In this document: in pieces, positions 17,529 through 27,536 of the stretch
How positions within the stretch are numbered: the stretch's first letter is position 1
Layout of the letters: each line of letters starts with the position of its first letter
From: Bdellovibrionota bacterium
GTDB taxonomy: Bacteria > Bdellovibrionota > UBA1018 > CAIPTA01 > JAALKR01
Assembly (NCBI GenBank): GCA_965207455.1
Contig: CBDBMJ010000003.1
Coordinates: 281,838-345,837 of the forward strand
Direction: 5' to 3'
Length of the DNA: 64,000 bases
Translations under genes and position numbers: made by a program
The notes under the pieces: model-generated
Told to the model about the DNA's origin: nothing
The model's database searches: none
Seen by the model: only the letters and a program-made list of their open reading frames with translations

Positions 17529-20519
17529 ATGGGAGCGGGAAAAAAATATAAGATTAGACTAAAGTCTGGAAAAATTCTCCGGCACCTTAGCGAAAGTAAA
17601 ATAAAACTCCTTTTATCCAAGAATGAACTTTTAGGCTCTGAGCCAACTTGCTTAGAGTCAGGAGGAGAATGGGCTCCTTTCTCTTCCTTTCTTAACCTGG
17701 CAGACCTTGCTCTAAACGTACTGGACCAAGGCACAAAAACCACAGAAGATGTCATAAACCAAGGAGAAGCACAAAAAACAAAAAGTCTTGTTAAAGATCC
17801 ACTTAAGCAAAAGCCTGATCAAAAGCCCGATCAAAAACGATCCACTCCAAAGGAAAGTATAGAAAAAGGAAAGCAAGAATTTATAGAAAAAGATATCTTT
17901 AAAGACGTACCTACGTTAGTAGATATAGTTCGTCCCTCTGATCCAGACTTAGAGGTAACAAAAATCACAACCGCCAATGCCTCAGGCACAACAGCAGATT
18001 TCTTAGACAGCCGAACAAAAATAATGACGACCAATCAAAACCTGCCTCTATATCAATCAAAAGGTCAAAGAAAACCTGTTGCTGAAGCTATTGGTTTAAC
18101 GGCAAAGAGGATGATATCTAAAACTACTTTCCTAGTACTTGCAGTCTCCCTCATGATAATTCTTTTGCTTGACGAAGGAGAGGAAAAAACTTTTTTAGAG
18201 GAATTAGAACCCAAAATATATTCATTTAAAGAAATTCCAATAAACACCCTCCCAAAAGTAAAAAAAATAAACAAGGCAATGAGTGGGAACTATCTGGAGA
18301 AAGGTATTATTCACTATGATAAGGAAACTCCCAGAAATTATATAAAGGCAGCCGTACTCCTATCAAAAGCAGTAAACTTAAACCCAAAAAATATTATAGC
18401 TCGATCTTTACTTGCCAGAACCTATATTCAACTTCTTGAGATTCTACCAAGGAACGAAAAATTACATACCAGCCTAGTAAACCTATTGGGGATGAAGCGA
18501 AAAACTCCATTGCCACGAATACCAGAATACCTCGCTGCCAAAGCAGAATTTCTCAGCATACTAAATCGAACCGATGAAGCCATAGAAGTAATAGAACCCA
18601 CTGTAAAAAGATCCCCTAACCCGGAACTCCTATATGTACTCGCCAAACTATATAAGAAAAAAGGAGAAAAGAACCGAGCCATAAGCCTTATAACCAGAGC
18701 TATTAGATTAACACCCGAAGGAGAAAAAAGAGCAAGTTATGGCTTATTATACGCACAACTACTATCCGGAAAAAACAGACTGCAATCTGCTATCAGGATT
18801 TTAAAAAACAATATAAAGAAAAATAATGAACACGGAGATTCCATATATGAGTTAGCTAAAACTTATTATAGGATTGGAAAAACAAGTGCTTCCTTAAAAG
18901 CTCTTTCCTTTATTATCAAAAATCCTCAATTTGTAGACGAACTAAAGTTAGCAAAAACATTTCTTCTGGCTGCAACAATACTAAGAGGGGAAAAAAAATA
19001 TAAAAAATCCATGCAATTTGCTCTCGCCTCCAAGCATTTGCTTCCAGAAAATCAAGATGCCGAGGATATTATATTTGATATTCTTGCAAGGCGCTCCGGT
19101 TCTAAAAAACTATATAAATACATGAAATCTGCTAAAGAGAAAGAAAAGGCAAAAGAGTATCAAGAGGCTCTCAACCTATATACCCGAGCAAGGGAAATGC
19201 AATCTAGTAATCCTACTCCTTTATACTATCTGACAAAAATGTATGAAAAAACAGGTCGACGGAGCCAAGCCATAGAGTTTTATAAAAAATTAATCAAACT
19301 CCCTAAAAAAAAGAAAGAAGCTTTTTTTGACCTAGCTAAATTATATATAAATATTTTTGAATTAAACAAGGCAAAATCTTTGATGAGAGCTGTCCGGCAT
19401 ATACCGAGAACTGAACAAAGAGCTGCATACACACTCGGGAAAATAGCTCTACGGCGAAAGAGAATACAAAAAGCGAGAAGCTTTTTCATACGAACATTGA
19501 ATCTCAATAGCAGAATTCCTGAGCTGTATGTGGAAATGGGAAATCTTGAGTTGAAGAAAAAGTCTTATGGACTAGCTGAGTTTTATTACTCCATTGCTGT
19601 TCGTTACAGCTCCTTCCATCCAGAGGCAACTCTGGGTTTAGCTCTCAGCAGATTTTATCTGAGCTCTCCCACAGATGCTATACAGTTCTTGAAAAACAAA
19701 CTATATACCAATCCTGACTCGCCAGAAATTTTAACAAATTTAGCAATTATTTATCTAAAATCTGGTGATAAGGTATCAGGAAAAATGTTCCTGCATCAAG
19801 CAATTAAAAATAGTCCCAGTTATGGTCGAGCTTATCGGCTCATGGGAGATTTTGTAAAAGAGGAGGGCGATGAAAGCTCAAACTTCGACAAAAAACAAAA
19901 AAGCTACCGCTTCGCCATGGCCAGTTACGAGGCCTACGTAAAACTAAACCCAAGAGAACCTGATGGATTTATGGCCATCGCAGAACTATATTTCTTCATC
20001 CGTGATCTGGGAACTGCTGCAAAAAATTATCATAAGGTATTAGATATTGCTCCCAATTATCCAAATGTGCGAATACAGCTCGCGAAAATCGCCTTAAATG
20101 GAGGGAATACAAAAAAATCACTTAAATTCACAAAAGAAGAAATAAAACGAAATCCTAATAATTGGAGAGCCTACTTGGAACTTGGCAAAATTCATATAGT
20201 GAAAAAAGAATATCACCTTGCTCTAAAAAAACTTACGGTAGCTTTAAAGATAAAACCGAAAGAACCGGAAATTATTATTTATCTTGGATATATTAACTAC
20301 CTAGATAATAATTTTCCTATAGCTATTGCTTTGTTTGAGCGAGCTCGTACCATAGATCCAACCAGAGCGGACATTTACTGGAAGCTGGGGCTAGCTTATG
20401 AAAGAAATAAGAATCTTACAAAGGCAAGAACAGCTTATAAAAACTATCGTGGGTTAGCCAGTACAGAAGAAGACGCCCAGCGAGCCGAGGCGAAGCTCAG
20501 GAGAATTGGTGGCAATTAA
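17529..20519 (+). CDS. membrane-anchored TPR protein with N-terminal GYF_2-like domain
   Basis: N-term YKIRLKSGKILRHLS...L.G.E......W, single TM (~aa 200-215), many TPR helix pairs. Confidence 0.8.
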   Translation: MGAGKKYKIRLKSGKILRHLSESKIKLLLSKNELLGSEPTCLESGGEWAPFSSFLNLADLALNVLDQGTKTTEDVINQGEAQKTKSLVKDPLKQKPDQKPDQKRSTPKESIEKGKQEFIEKDIFKDVPTLVDIVRPSDPDLEVTKITTANASGTTADFLDSRTKIMTTNQNLPLYQSKGQRKPVAEAIGLTAKRMISKTTFLVLAVSLMIILLLDEGEEKTFLEELEPKIYSFKEIPINTLPKVKKINKAMSGNYLEKGIIHYDKETPRNYIKAAVLLSKAVNLNPKNIIARSLLARTYIQLLEILPRNEKLHTSLVNLLGMKRKTPLPRIPEYLAAKAEFLSILNRTDEAIEVIEPTVKRSPNPELLYVLAKLYKKKGEKNRAISLITRAIRLTPEGEKRASYGLLYAQLLSGKNRLQSAIRILKNNIKKNNEHGDSIYELAKTYYRIGKTSASLKALSFIIKNPQFVDELKLAKTFLLAATILRGEKKYKKSMQFALASKHLLPENQDAEDIIFDILARRSGSKKLYKYMKSAKEKEKAKEYQEALNLYTRAREMQSSNPTPLYYLTKMYEKTGRRSQAIEFYKKLIKLPKKKKEAFFDLAKLYINIFELNKAKSLMRAVRHIPRTEQRAAYTLGKIALRRKRIQKARSFFIRTLNLNSRIPELYVEMGNLELKKKSYGLAEFYYSIAVRYSSFHPEATLGLALSRFYLSSPTDAIQFLKNKLYTNPDSPEILTNLAIIYLKSGDKVSGKMFLHQAIKNSPSYGRAYRLMGDFVKEEGDESSNFDKKQKSYRFAMASYEAYVKLNPREPDGFMAIAELYFFIRDLGTAAKNYHKVLDIAPNYPNVRIQLAKIALNGGNTKKSLKFTKEEIKRNPNNWRAYLELGKIHIVKKEYHLALKKLTVALKIKPKEPEIIIYLGYINYLDNNFPIAIALFERARTIDPTRADIYWKLGLAYERNKNLTKARTAYKNYRGLASTEEDAQRAEAKLRRIGGN
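17808..17836 (+). repeat. 12-bp coding tandem repeat (QKPD)x2.4
   Basis: caaaagcctgat caaaagcccgat caaaa. Confidence 0.7.
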
Positions 20520-20525
20520 GCCGGG

Positions 20526-21806
20526 GTGCATATGCTAGATCTACGATGGATTATAGATAATGAAGATTTTGTAAAAAAGTGTCTAACTATGCGAAACCAT
20601 AATTCAAAAGTAATAGACCTTGTTGTCGAAAAAGATAGGGAACGCAGAGTTTTTATTATCGAAAAAGAAACTCTGTCTGCTAGAAGAAATTCCATTGCAA
20701 AAGAGATAGCAACAAAGAAAAAAAATAAAGAAAACTCAGAATCTCTCTCAAAAGAATCTAAAGAGAATAAGGAAAAAATTTCCAGCATAGAGAGCCAACT
20801 GGAAATAGTAGAAAATATTATTTATGACCACCTATTAAGAATACCCAATATTTTAGACAAATCCGTGCCCTTGGGCAAAGATGAATCGGACAATGTGGAA
20901 ATAAGTCAAAATGGAATACCTAAAAAATTTCAGTTTGAGGCAAAAAGTCACCATGAACTGGGGGAAAATCTTGGCATTATAGATTTTAAGCGTTCTAGTC
21001 GAATCGTTGGATCCAGGTTTTCCACGCTCATAGGCAAGGGTGCACGTTTAAACCGTGCTATCCGGGAGTTTATGCTGGACTTGCAAACTACAACACATGG
21101 CTATACTGAGATGCTTCCGCCGTTCATTGCTAATTCAAGCTCTCTTGTGGGAACAAGTCAATTGCCTAAATTTCATGAAGATCAGTTCAAGCTAGAGGAT
21201 ACGGATTACTATCTTATTCCAACGGGCGAAGTGCCTGTAACGAACTTCCACCGGGAAGAAATACTACCAGAAACAGATCTTCCTATTCGATATGTGGCCT
21301 ATACACCCTGCTTCCGTAAAGAGGCAGGCAGTTACGGTAAGGACACTCGAGGTATGATGCGACAACACCAATTTGAAAAAGTAGAGCTAGTTATGTTTAG
21401 TCACCCAAGCACGTCGGAAGAAATGCACGAGATGCTAGTGGGGCATGCGGAAGAAGTTCTTATCCAACTGGAGCTTCCCTACAGAAAGGTTCGTATCTGC
21501 TCTGGCGATATCGGATTTGGTGGAGCAAAACAATACGACCTGGAAGTCTGGCTACCAGAACAAAAACAATATAGAGAAATATCTTCCTGCTCCAATTTTT
21601 TTGATTACCAAGCTAGGCGAGCAAAGATACGTTTTCGACCACAGGAGGGGGGCAAACCAAAATTTGTTCACACTTTAAATGGTTCAGGTGGTGCCATAGG
21701 AAGAACCTTTCTAGCTATTTTAGAAAACTACCAGCAGGAGGACGGAAGCATACTAGTTCCCAAAATTCTGCAAAAATATACGAACTTTAGCTCAATTGAT
21801 AGATAG
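20526..21806 (+). CDS. serS: serine--tRNA ligase
   Basis: MLDL, LIPTGEVP, FRKEAGSYGKDTRG, RQHQFEKVE, EISSCSN, HTLNGSG, ENYQQEDGSI. Confidence 0.98.
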   Translation: MHMLDLRWIIDNEDFVKKCLTMRNHNSKVIDLVVEKDRERRVFIIEKETLSARRNSIAKEIATKKKNKENSESLSKESKENKEKISSIESQLEIVENIIYDHLLRIPNILDKSVPLGKDESDNVEISQNGIPKKFQFEAKSHHELGENLGIIDFKRSSRIVGSRFSTLIGKGARLNRAIREFMLDLQTTTHGYTEMLPPFIANSSSLVGTSQLPKFHEDQFKLEDTDYYLIPTGEVPVTNFHREEILPETDLPIRYVAYTPCFRKEAGSYGKDTRGMMRQHQFEKVELVMFSHPSTSEEMHEMLVGHAEEVLIQLELPYRKVRICSGDIGFGGAKQYDLEVWLPEQKQYREISSCSNFFDYQARRAKIRFRPQEGGKPKFVHTLNGSGGAIGRTFLAILENYQQEDGSILVPKILQKYTNFSSIDR

Positions 21807-21973
21807 GGGACTTTCCTTATTATTAATTAACTACATATGACGCGGCTTATCAAGACTAAATTATAACCGTCTTACTCGGTATTTTTTTGTTAAAAAAAAT
21901 TAAAAAATAGCTTTTATTTGAGCGCAGTGCGGTGTAACATTGCGCAATGTATTATTCAGATGAGCATAGGCGA

Positions 21974-24900
21974 ATGAAAATAAATCCGACAAAATTAATT
22001 CTTTATAGTGCTCTACTGTCCTTATTGTCCCTCACCTCCTGTAAAAGCGACACCCCCGACCCCCCTCTAAAACTTATGACACAAAATCTGTATTTAGGGG
22101 CAAGCCTGCATCCCCTATTAAGCGACCCAGCCGGCCCAGCCGACCCAACAGCAGTAGCAAAGATACTAAAAGCAATGGAGAAAACAAATTTTCCAGCAAG
22201 AGCACGGGCACTTGCAAAGATAATCCATAGCACTCGCCCAAATGTATTGGCTCTTCAGGAAGTCAGTCACCTTCGTATTGTAGATGCTGCTGGCAAAACC
22301 ACAATGAATGTGGATTTCCTCAGTATTTTACTTAATGAACTTAAAAACCTTGGCATGGAATATACAGTTGCAGCCAATGCCTTAGGCCCCGACATTATGG
22401 TTCCTCTATTTATAAGTGGTGCCTTTACTGCTTCAGTTCATTACAAAGGCTACAATACTATTTTGATTGATTCTAGTCTAACGGCAAGCGGAAGCAAAAT
22501 AAAGAACTACGACAAACAACAGAGCACTCCCATTGGATTAACATTTACTAGAAACTACGTGAAAGTTACTCTATCAAAAATTCCAAACCCATGGGAGTTG
22601 GAAGAGATAAATGATATTGTTATTGTAAACACACATTTAGAGGCTGGATCCAAAGAAGTACAAGAAGCACAAGCTAGTGAACTTGTGAATATGCTTGGTA
22701 CTATTGATGAGCCTATCTTTCTTCTAGGAGATATCAATAGCGCCGCAAACAATGTAGTAAAGAAAAATCAAACAAACAGTTACCCTCTTTTGATCAGTTC
22801 TTCTTTTAAAGACCCATACCTCGAACTTAACCCCACTGCCCCCCCTATTAGCACTTGTTGTTATGACGAGCATTTATCTTCCAACAAATTTGTGGGAGAA
22901 GGACGCATTGACCACATTCTATATAAAAACAATTCTTTTTCACAAGCAAGACCTACTCGTTTTTCCCTAACTGGAAACAAACTGGGAGACAAGACAATAG
23001 TCAGCGATGAAGCGAAAGAACTCAGCCTGTGGCCATCGGATCATCTCGGCGTTGTGGTTGAATTTACGAACGTTTTTTCAACTCTTATACAAGAAAAAAC
23101 AGACCTCAGTCCACCCCCTCCTCCACCATCAGCGCCTAATACCGATCCAGAACCAACTACCAGTCCAGAGCCGATGATCGATACACCTCCAACCATACAA
23201 GTTCCTAAATTAGAGTTAACCACCACAGTAACGACAGATTCCCTTCCCCATTTTCGTACAACAACAAGCCGTAATAATCCAGGAACAGTTTTTCTTTATA
23301 CATCAGAAGACTGTACGGGCAATATCGCTTCTAAAAAATTTTTTATAGGCGATGCGGGAACAGTTGTCTCTTTCACATCCTTCGTATACAACCCAGGCAC
23401 ATACGATTTTTCAGCAAGAATTTGGCGAGGATTTGAAGAAGACCCCTACACACCTTGTTCCAACAGTGTTCGCTATACCTATGACCCACCTCCTGTACCC
23501 TTGAATGCTCCAAAATTAACTGGATTTGACCTTAGCAGCACACCATCACAGTACCCTAGTCCTAGATTTCTTGTAACCACAACAAATGACAGGAAAGGTG
23601 AGGCTCTTCTGTATCAGTCAGAGGATTGTACAGGTGAGAGCATTTCCAGTAAAACTTTTGACGGGCCTAAGAATACATTTCTAACGTTCACATCGTTAAT
23701 CCTTGAACCGGGTATATATAATTTTTCAACGGAAGTTCAGCGAGGTAGTGCAAAAACACCTTGCTCCAACAGTGTTCATTACCTCTACCATTCCATTACT
23801 GCCCCTAAATTAATACTAGCCCCCGGCTCTTCATCATCGAAAACCATACCCAGATTTCTTATGACAACAACAAATGATGGTAAAGGTGAAGCTCTTCTTT
23901 ATCAGTCAGAGGATTGTACGGGTGAGAGCATTTCTCAATCCTTCACAGGTGATGCAGGCACTGTGGTAACTCTTCAATCCCTTGCACTGGATCCAGGGAC
24001 TCATACTTTTTCAGTGCAAGTACAACGAAGCAGCGATCAAACACCCTGTTCTAATAATGCTAATTACAGCTACTCCCCTTTAAATGCTCCATTACTTGCA
24101 CTGGATGCCGACCCAATATCATTGAACCCCAATCCTAGCTTTCAGGTAACCACAACAAATGATGGAGAAGGAAGAGCCTTCCTTTACAAATCAGAAAATT
24201 GCACAGGTGAGAGCATTTCTAATAAAGTTTTCACTGACAATAGTGGTACCATTGTCACTCTTATATCTCCGGCGCTTGAGTACGGAGAACATATTTTTTC
24301 AGTACAAGTCCAGCGAGGTGATGACAAAACACCCTGTTCTAATAATGTTAATTACATGCGCCCACTCCTAAATGCCCCCACATTGTCATTACTTTACAAC
24401 GGGAATCCATCGGATTCTCCAATAGATAGTACTTTTAACTTTCTTGTGACCACAACAAATGATGGTAGAGGCGAAGCCTTTCTTTATCAGTCAGCAAATT
24501 GTAGTGGTAAGAGCATCCACTCCTTCACAACTAATAGTGAAACAGATATAAACTTCAAAATTCCAGAACCCGATCCAGGACGCCATACTTTTTCAATGCG
24601 AATCCAGCAAGATGGTAATTGGACATCTTGTTCTAATAATGTCAGCCAGTACGTCAACGGCGATATAAACACTCCAGATTTGTATCTTCATCTTGGATAC
24701 AGAAAATCTTCATATAGCCTAAATTATCCTTTATTTCTTATTCAATTAAATAATATCTCCAATGGAAATATCTTTCTTTATAAATCAGAAAACTGTGAAG
24801 GTGAGATTGTCGCAACAAGAACCATTATCCCTGGTTTCGATAGTACAATGAATATTAAATCTCCAGCACTTGAGCCTGGTACCCATACTTTTTCGGTAAA

Positions 24901-26947
24901 CATTCAACAAGGTAGTGCTGGAAATTACACATACACACCGTGCTCTAATAAAAAAAATTATGTTTTCCTTTTCTTAAATGCTCCCGAGTTTACATTGGAC
25001 GCTGTTAGTAGTTCGCCATCAGCAAATTCCAAACCTAGCTTTCTTATAACTACAACAAACATCGATAACGGAAGAGCCTTTCTTTATCAATCAGCAGATT
25101 GTAGTGGAGAAGGAATTTCCAAAAACTTTACTGGTGGTTGGGGGAAAGATATAAGTTTCAAATCCTTAGAACTCAATCCAGGTACTCATATTTTCTCCGC
25201 ACGAGTCCAGCGAGCCCGTGGTTGGACTTTTTGTTCTGATCCACTTACCTATACTTACCAACCCCTAACTCCCCCAGTGCTCGCACTGCCTCCTGACTCC
25301 AACCCCTCATCGTTGGAAACCACACCCAGCTTTCTTGTAACCACAACAAATGATGGCATAGGAGAGGCATTTCTTTACAAGTCAGCAAATTGTAAAGGGG
25401 AGAGTATTTCCAGTAAAATTTTTGCTGGCAATACGAATACGGATATAACCCTTAGATCCTCAGAGCTTACCCCAGGCACCCATACCTTTTCTGTCAAAAT
25501 TCAGCGAGGAAATTCTTGGACAGCTTGTTCCAATTCTTTCACTTATACCCGTGTTGTTCCTGTTGCCACTCCACCGACGTTAGCACTGGTTTCTGGATCC
25601 ACATCAATGTCACTGGACGCTACTCCTAGTTTTCTCCTTACAACAACAAATGATGGGCAAGGAAGGGCTTTTTTATACAAGTCGGCAGATTGTAGCGGCG
25701 ATACTGTTTCCAGCCGAACTTTTTTCGGTAATACGAATACCGTTCTTACTCTTCGATCCTCAGAACTTACTCGTGGTGACTATAAATTCTCAGTGCAAGT
25801 GCAACGAGCTAGCGTGAAAACACCTTGCTCTAATAGTGTTCCCTATACCTATACGCCCTCCCCCTTTAAAGCTCCAAACCTAAACCTGACCAATAGTTCA
25901 CCATCCAGCACAAAGAATACCCCTAAGTTTATTATTACAGCAAAATACAACAAAGAATGGGATGGAGAAGTCTTTCTTTATCAATCACCAGACTGCTCCG
26001 GTGAGAGTGTTTCTAACCGAACTTTTACAGGCGGTGGCGTGGACACCGATGTGAGTCTCAGATCCCCCAAACTTACCCTTGGTGCCTATGCTTTCTCAAC
26101 AAGGGTACAATGGCGTGGCATTCAGACATCTTGCTCCAATAGTGTAGGCTATACCCATAGTATTCCCAGACGATGGTGGCAAAGCAATATCTTAGGTCTC
26201 AATATGAAAATTAGTGACTACTTTAGCGACAACTTGGAATCCACAAAAGGCAACAGACCATACAATCTCTTTGAACAGATGATGATAGCTTGGAATGAAT
26301 CAAGCCCTAAATATACTTTCTTTAATATCCCCGATTTTCCAAGTAATGCTAATGATCATGCCACTCCCAACCTTCAATACAGTAATGTGAAAAATTATAA
26401 AGATAATGTAATGGGGATTTATGCCCATGAAACTTGGTTTAACTATGTGGGTAGTGAGTCAACCATCGCTGTAACCCTGTTCTTTTTTAATAGAAAAAAT
26501 ATTGGCACTACTAATGAATATAAAGAGTACACACATGCGGATATTCTTTTTAACTACCGAGACCATAAATTTACTTTTAACAAATCCGGTCCAGCTTACT
26601 TGAATATTACATCTGTCCTACTCCATGAGCTAGGACATGTTATTGGACTCGATCATCCACCAAAAGGAAATATTGAAGAAACAATTATGAGTGAAGACTT
26701 CCAAAAATTCCTTTCCACATCTCCAAAACAAACGCTTAGCCCTTACGATATTAATTCTGTTCTCCAGCACTACGATGATAATCCATTACAAATCACCACA
26801 TCCTCCCAACAACAACGCTCATTTATACAAAAAAAGGAAGGATTTGGAATCATTCAACTCCAAAACAACGGAGATTGCCTCTACTATGAAAATGGAAAAT
26901 TAATGCATAAGCATTCTGTTGATCTAAATCCTCATAAGAAAAAGTAG
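21974..26947 (+). CDS. giant lipoprotein: EEP (endonuclease/exonuclease/phosphatase) domain + Pro linker + 10 Cys-paired beta repeats + M10-like metzincin
   Basis: lipobox LTSC; TQNL, LQEV, NTHLE, GDIN, IDHI, SDH; HELGHVIGLDH with Met-turn ETIMS. Confidence 0.85.
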   Translation: MKINPTKLILYSALLSLLSLTSCKSDTPDPPLKLMTQNLYLGASLHPLLSDPAGPADPTAVAKILKAMEKTNFPARARALAKIIHSTRPNVLALQEVSHLRIVDAAGKTTMNVDFLSILLNELKNLGMEYTVAANALGPDIMVPLFISGAFTASVHYKGYNTILIDSSLTASGSKIKNYDKQQSTPIGLTFTRNYVKVTLSKIPNPWELEEINDIVIVNTHLEAGSKEVQEAQASELVNMLGTIDEPIFLLGDINSAANNVVKKNQTNSYPLLISSSFKDPYLELNPTAPPISTCCYDEHLSSNKFVGEGRIDHILYKNNSFSQARPTRFSLTGNKLGDKTIVSDEAKELSLWPSDHLGVVVEFTNVFSTLIQEKTDLSPPPPPPSAPNTDPEPTTSPEPMIDTPPTIQVPKLELTTTVTTDSLPHFRTTTSRNNPGTVFLYTSEDCTGNIASKKFFIGDAGTVVSFTSFVYNPGTYDFSARIWRGFEEDPYTPCSNSVRYTYDPPPVPLNAPKLTGFDLSSTPSQYPSPRFLVTTTNDRKGEALLYQSEDCTGESISSKTFDGPKNTFLTFTSLILEPGIYNFSTEVQRGSAKTPCSNSVHYLYHSITAPKLILAPGSSSSKTIPRFLMTTTNDGKGEALLYQSEDCTGESISQSFTGDAGTVVTLQSLALDPGTHTFSVQVQRSSDQTPCSNNANYSYSPLNAPLLALDADPISLNPNPSFQVTTTNDGEGRAFLYKSENCTGESISNKVFTDNSGTIVTLISPALEYGEHIFSVQVQRGDDKTPCSNNVNYMRPLLNAPTLSLLYNGNPSDSPIDSTFNFLVTTTNDGRGEAFLYQSANCSGKSIHSFTTNSETDINFKIPEPDPGRHTFSMRIQQDGNWTSCSNNVSQYVNGDINTPDLYLHLGYRKSSYSLNYPLFLIQLNNISNGNIFLYKSENCEGEIVATRTIIPGFDSTMNIKSPALEPGTHTFSVNIQQGSAGNYTYTPCSNKKNYVFLFLNAPEFTLDAVSSSPSANSKPSFLITTTNIDNGRAFLYQSADCSGEGISKNFTGGWGKDISFKSLELNPGTHIFSARVQRARGWTFCSDPLTYTYQPLTPPVLALPPDSNPSSLETTPSFLVTTTNDGIGEAFLYKSANCKGESISSKIFAGNTNTDITLRSSELTPGTHTFSVKIQRGNSWTACSNSFTYTRVVPVATPPTLALVSGSTSMSLDATPSFLLTTTNDGQGRAFLYKSADCSGDTVSSRTFFGNTNTVLTLRSSELTRGDYKFSVQVQRASVKTPCSNSVPYTYTPSPFKAPNLNLTNSSPSSTKNTPKFIITAKYNKEWDGEVFLYQSPDCSGESVSNRTFTGGGVDTDVSLRSPKLTLGAYAFSTRVQWRGIQTSCSNSVGYTHSIPRRWWQSNILGLNMKISDYFSDNLESTKGNRPYNLFEQMMIAWNESSPKYTFFNIPDFPSNANDHATPNLQYSNVKNYKDNVMGIYAHETWFNYVGSESTIAVTLFFFNRKNIGTTNEYKEYTHADILFNYRDHKFTFNKSGPAYLNITSVLLHELGHVIGLDHPPKGNIEETIMSEDFQKFLSTSPKQTLSPYDINSVLQHYDDNPLQITTSSQQQRSFIQKKEGFGIIQLQNNGDCLYYENGKLMHKHSVDLNPHKKK
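23200..26160 (+). repeat. 10 tandem ~95-100 aa repeats (~290 bp) in the lipoprotein
   Basis: ten occurrences of LYxSxxCxG each followed by G.xxFS...TxCS(N/D); DNA motif acaacaaatgatgg recurs. Confidence 0.9.
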
Positions 26948-26970
26948 AGAAAAGAAATCAGAGCCACAAT

Positions 26971-27429
26971 TTAACCAAAATTCTCAATAAAGCTTCTTAT
27001 ATTTTTCAAGTGCTTCTTTATACTTCTTGTCGATCTTGGAGCAATAAAAATTGTATCGTCCCCTGCCACTGTTCCAACAATCTCAGCGTTACAATAGTGG
27101 TCTATGAACCCGGCTAAAAACATAGCAGAGCCGGGCTTCGTCTTAATTACAATTTGACTTTCATTGCACTCCATACCTATCATCAAATCAACTAAGGATC
27201 TAGAATAACTAGGTCTTACCTCCTGAAGTCGTATCTCATAGCGAACCTTACTTTTCCCCATCACCTTGCTTGCACCTATATTTTTTAGTGCTCTTGAAAC
27301 CGTGGACTGGGTCACCTCAAATCCCTTTTTATTGAGGTATATGCATATATCTTTTTGATTGCCATCAAAGCCGCTTCCCACAAGCCCTCGCAACACTTCT
27401 AACATCTTTCTTTTCTTTCTAATATCCAC
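26971..27429 (-). CDS. argR: arginine repressor
   Basis: VTQSTVSRAL, KTKPGSA, VGTVAGDDTIF; GTG at 27429 with GGAG RBS. Confidence 0.95.
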   Translation of the reverse strand: MDIRKKRKMLEVLRGLVGSGFDGNQKDICIYLNKKGFEVTQSTVSRALKNIGASKVMGKSKVRYEIRLQEVRPSYSRSLVDLMIGMECNESQIVIKTKPGSAMFLAGFIDHYCNAEIVGTVAGDDTIFIAPRSTRSIKKHLKNIRSFIENFG

Positions 27430-27443
27430 GCTCACTCCTGCAT

Positions 27444-27480
27444 TATGCATATTTATGCATAATAATGAATATTATGCAAG
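27444..27480. promoter_or_regulatory. tandem ARG boxes between argR and argG
   Basis: TATGCATATTTATGCATA (27444-27461) and AATGAATATTATGCAAG (27464-27480) resemble WNTGMAT-W4-ATKCANW. Confidence 0.8.
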
Positions 27481-27536
27481 ATAATAATTGCCAGACCCCT
27501 AGATTTTTGAGATACCAAGAAAAAGCGAGGTGACCA

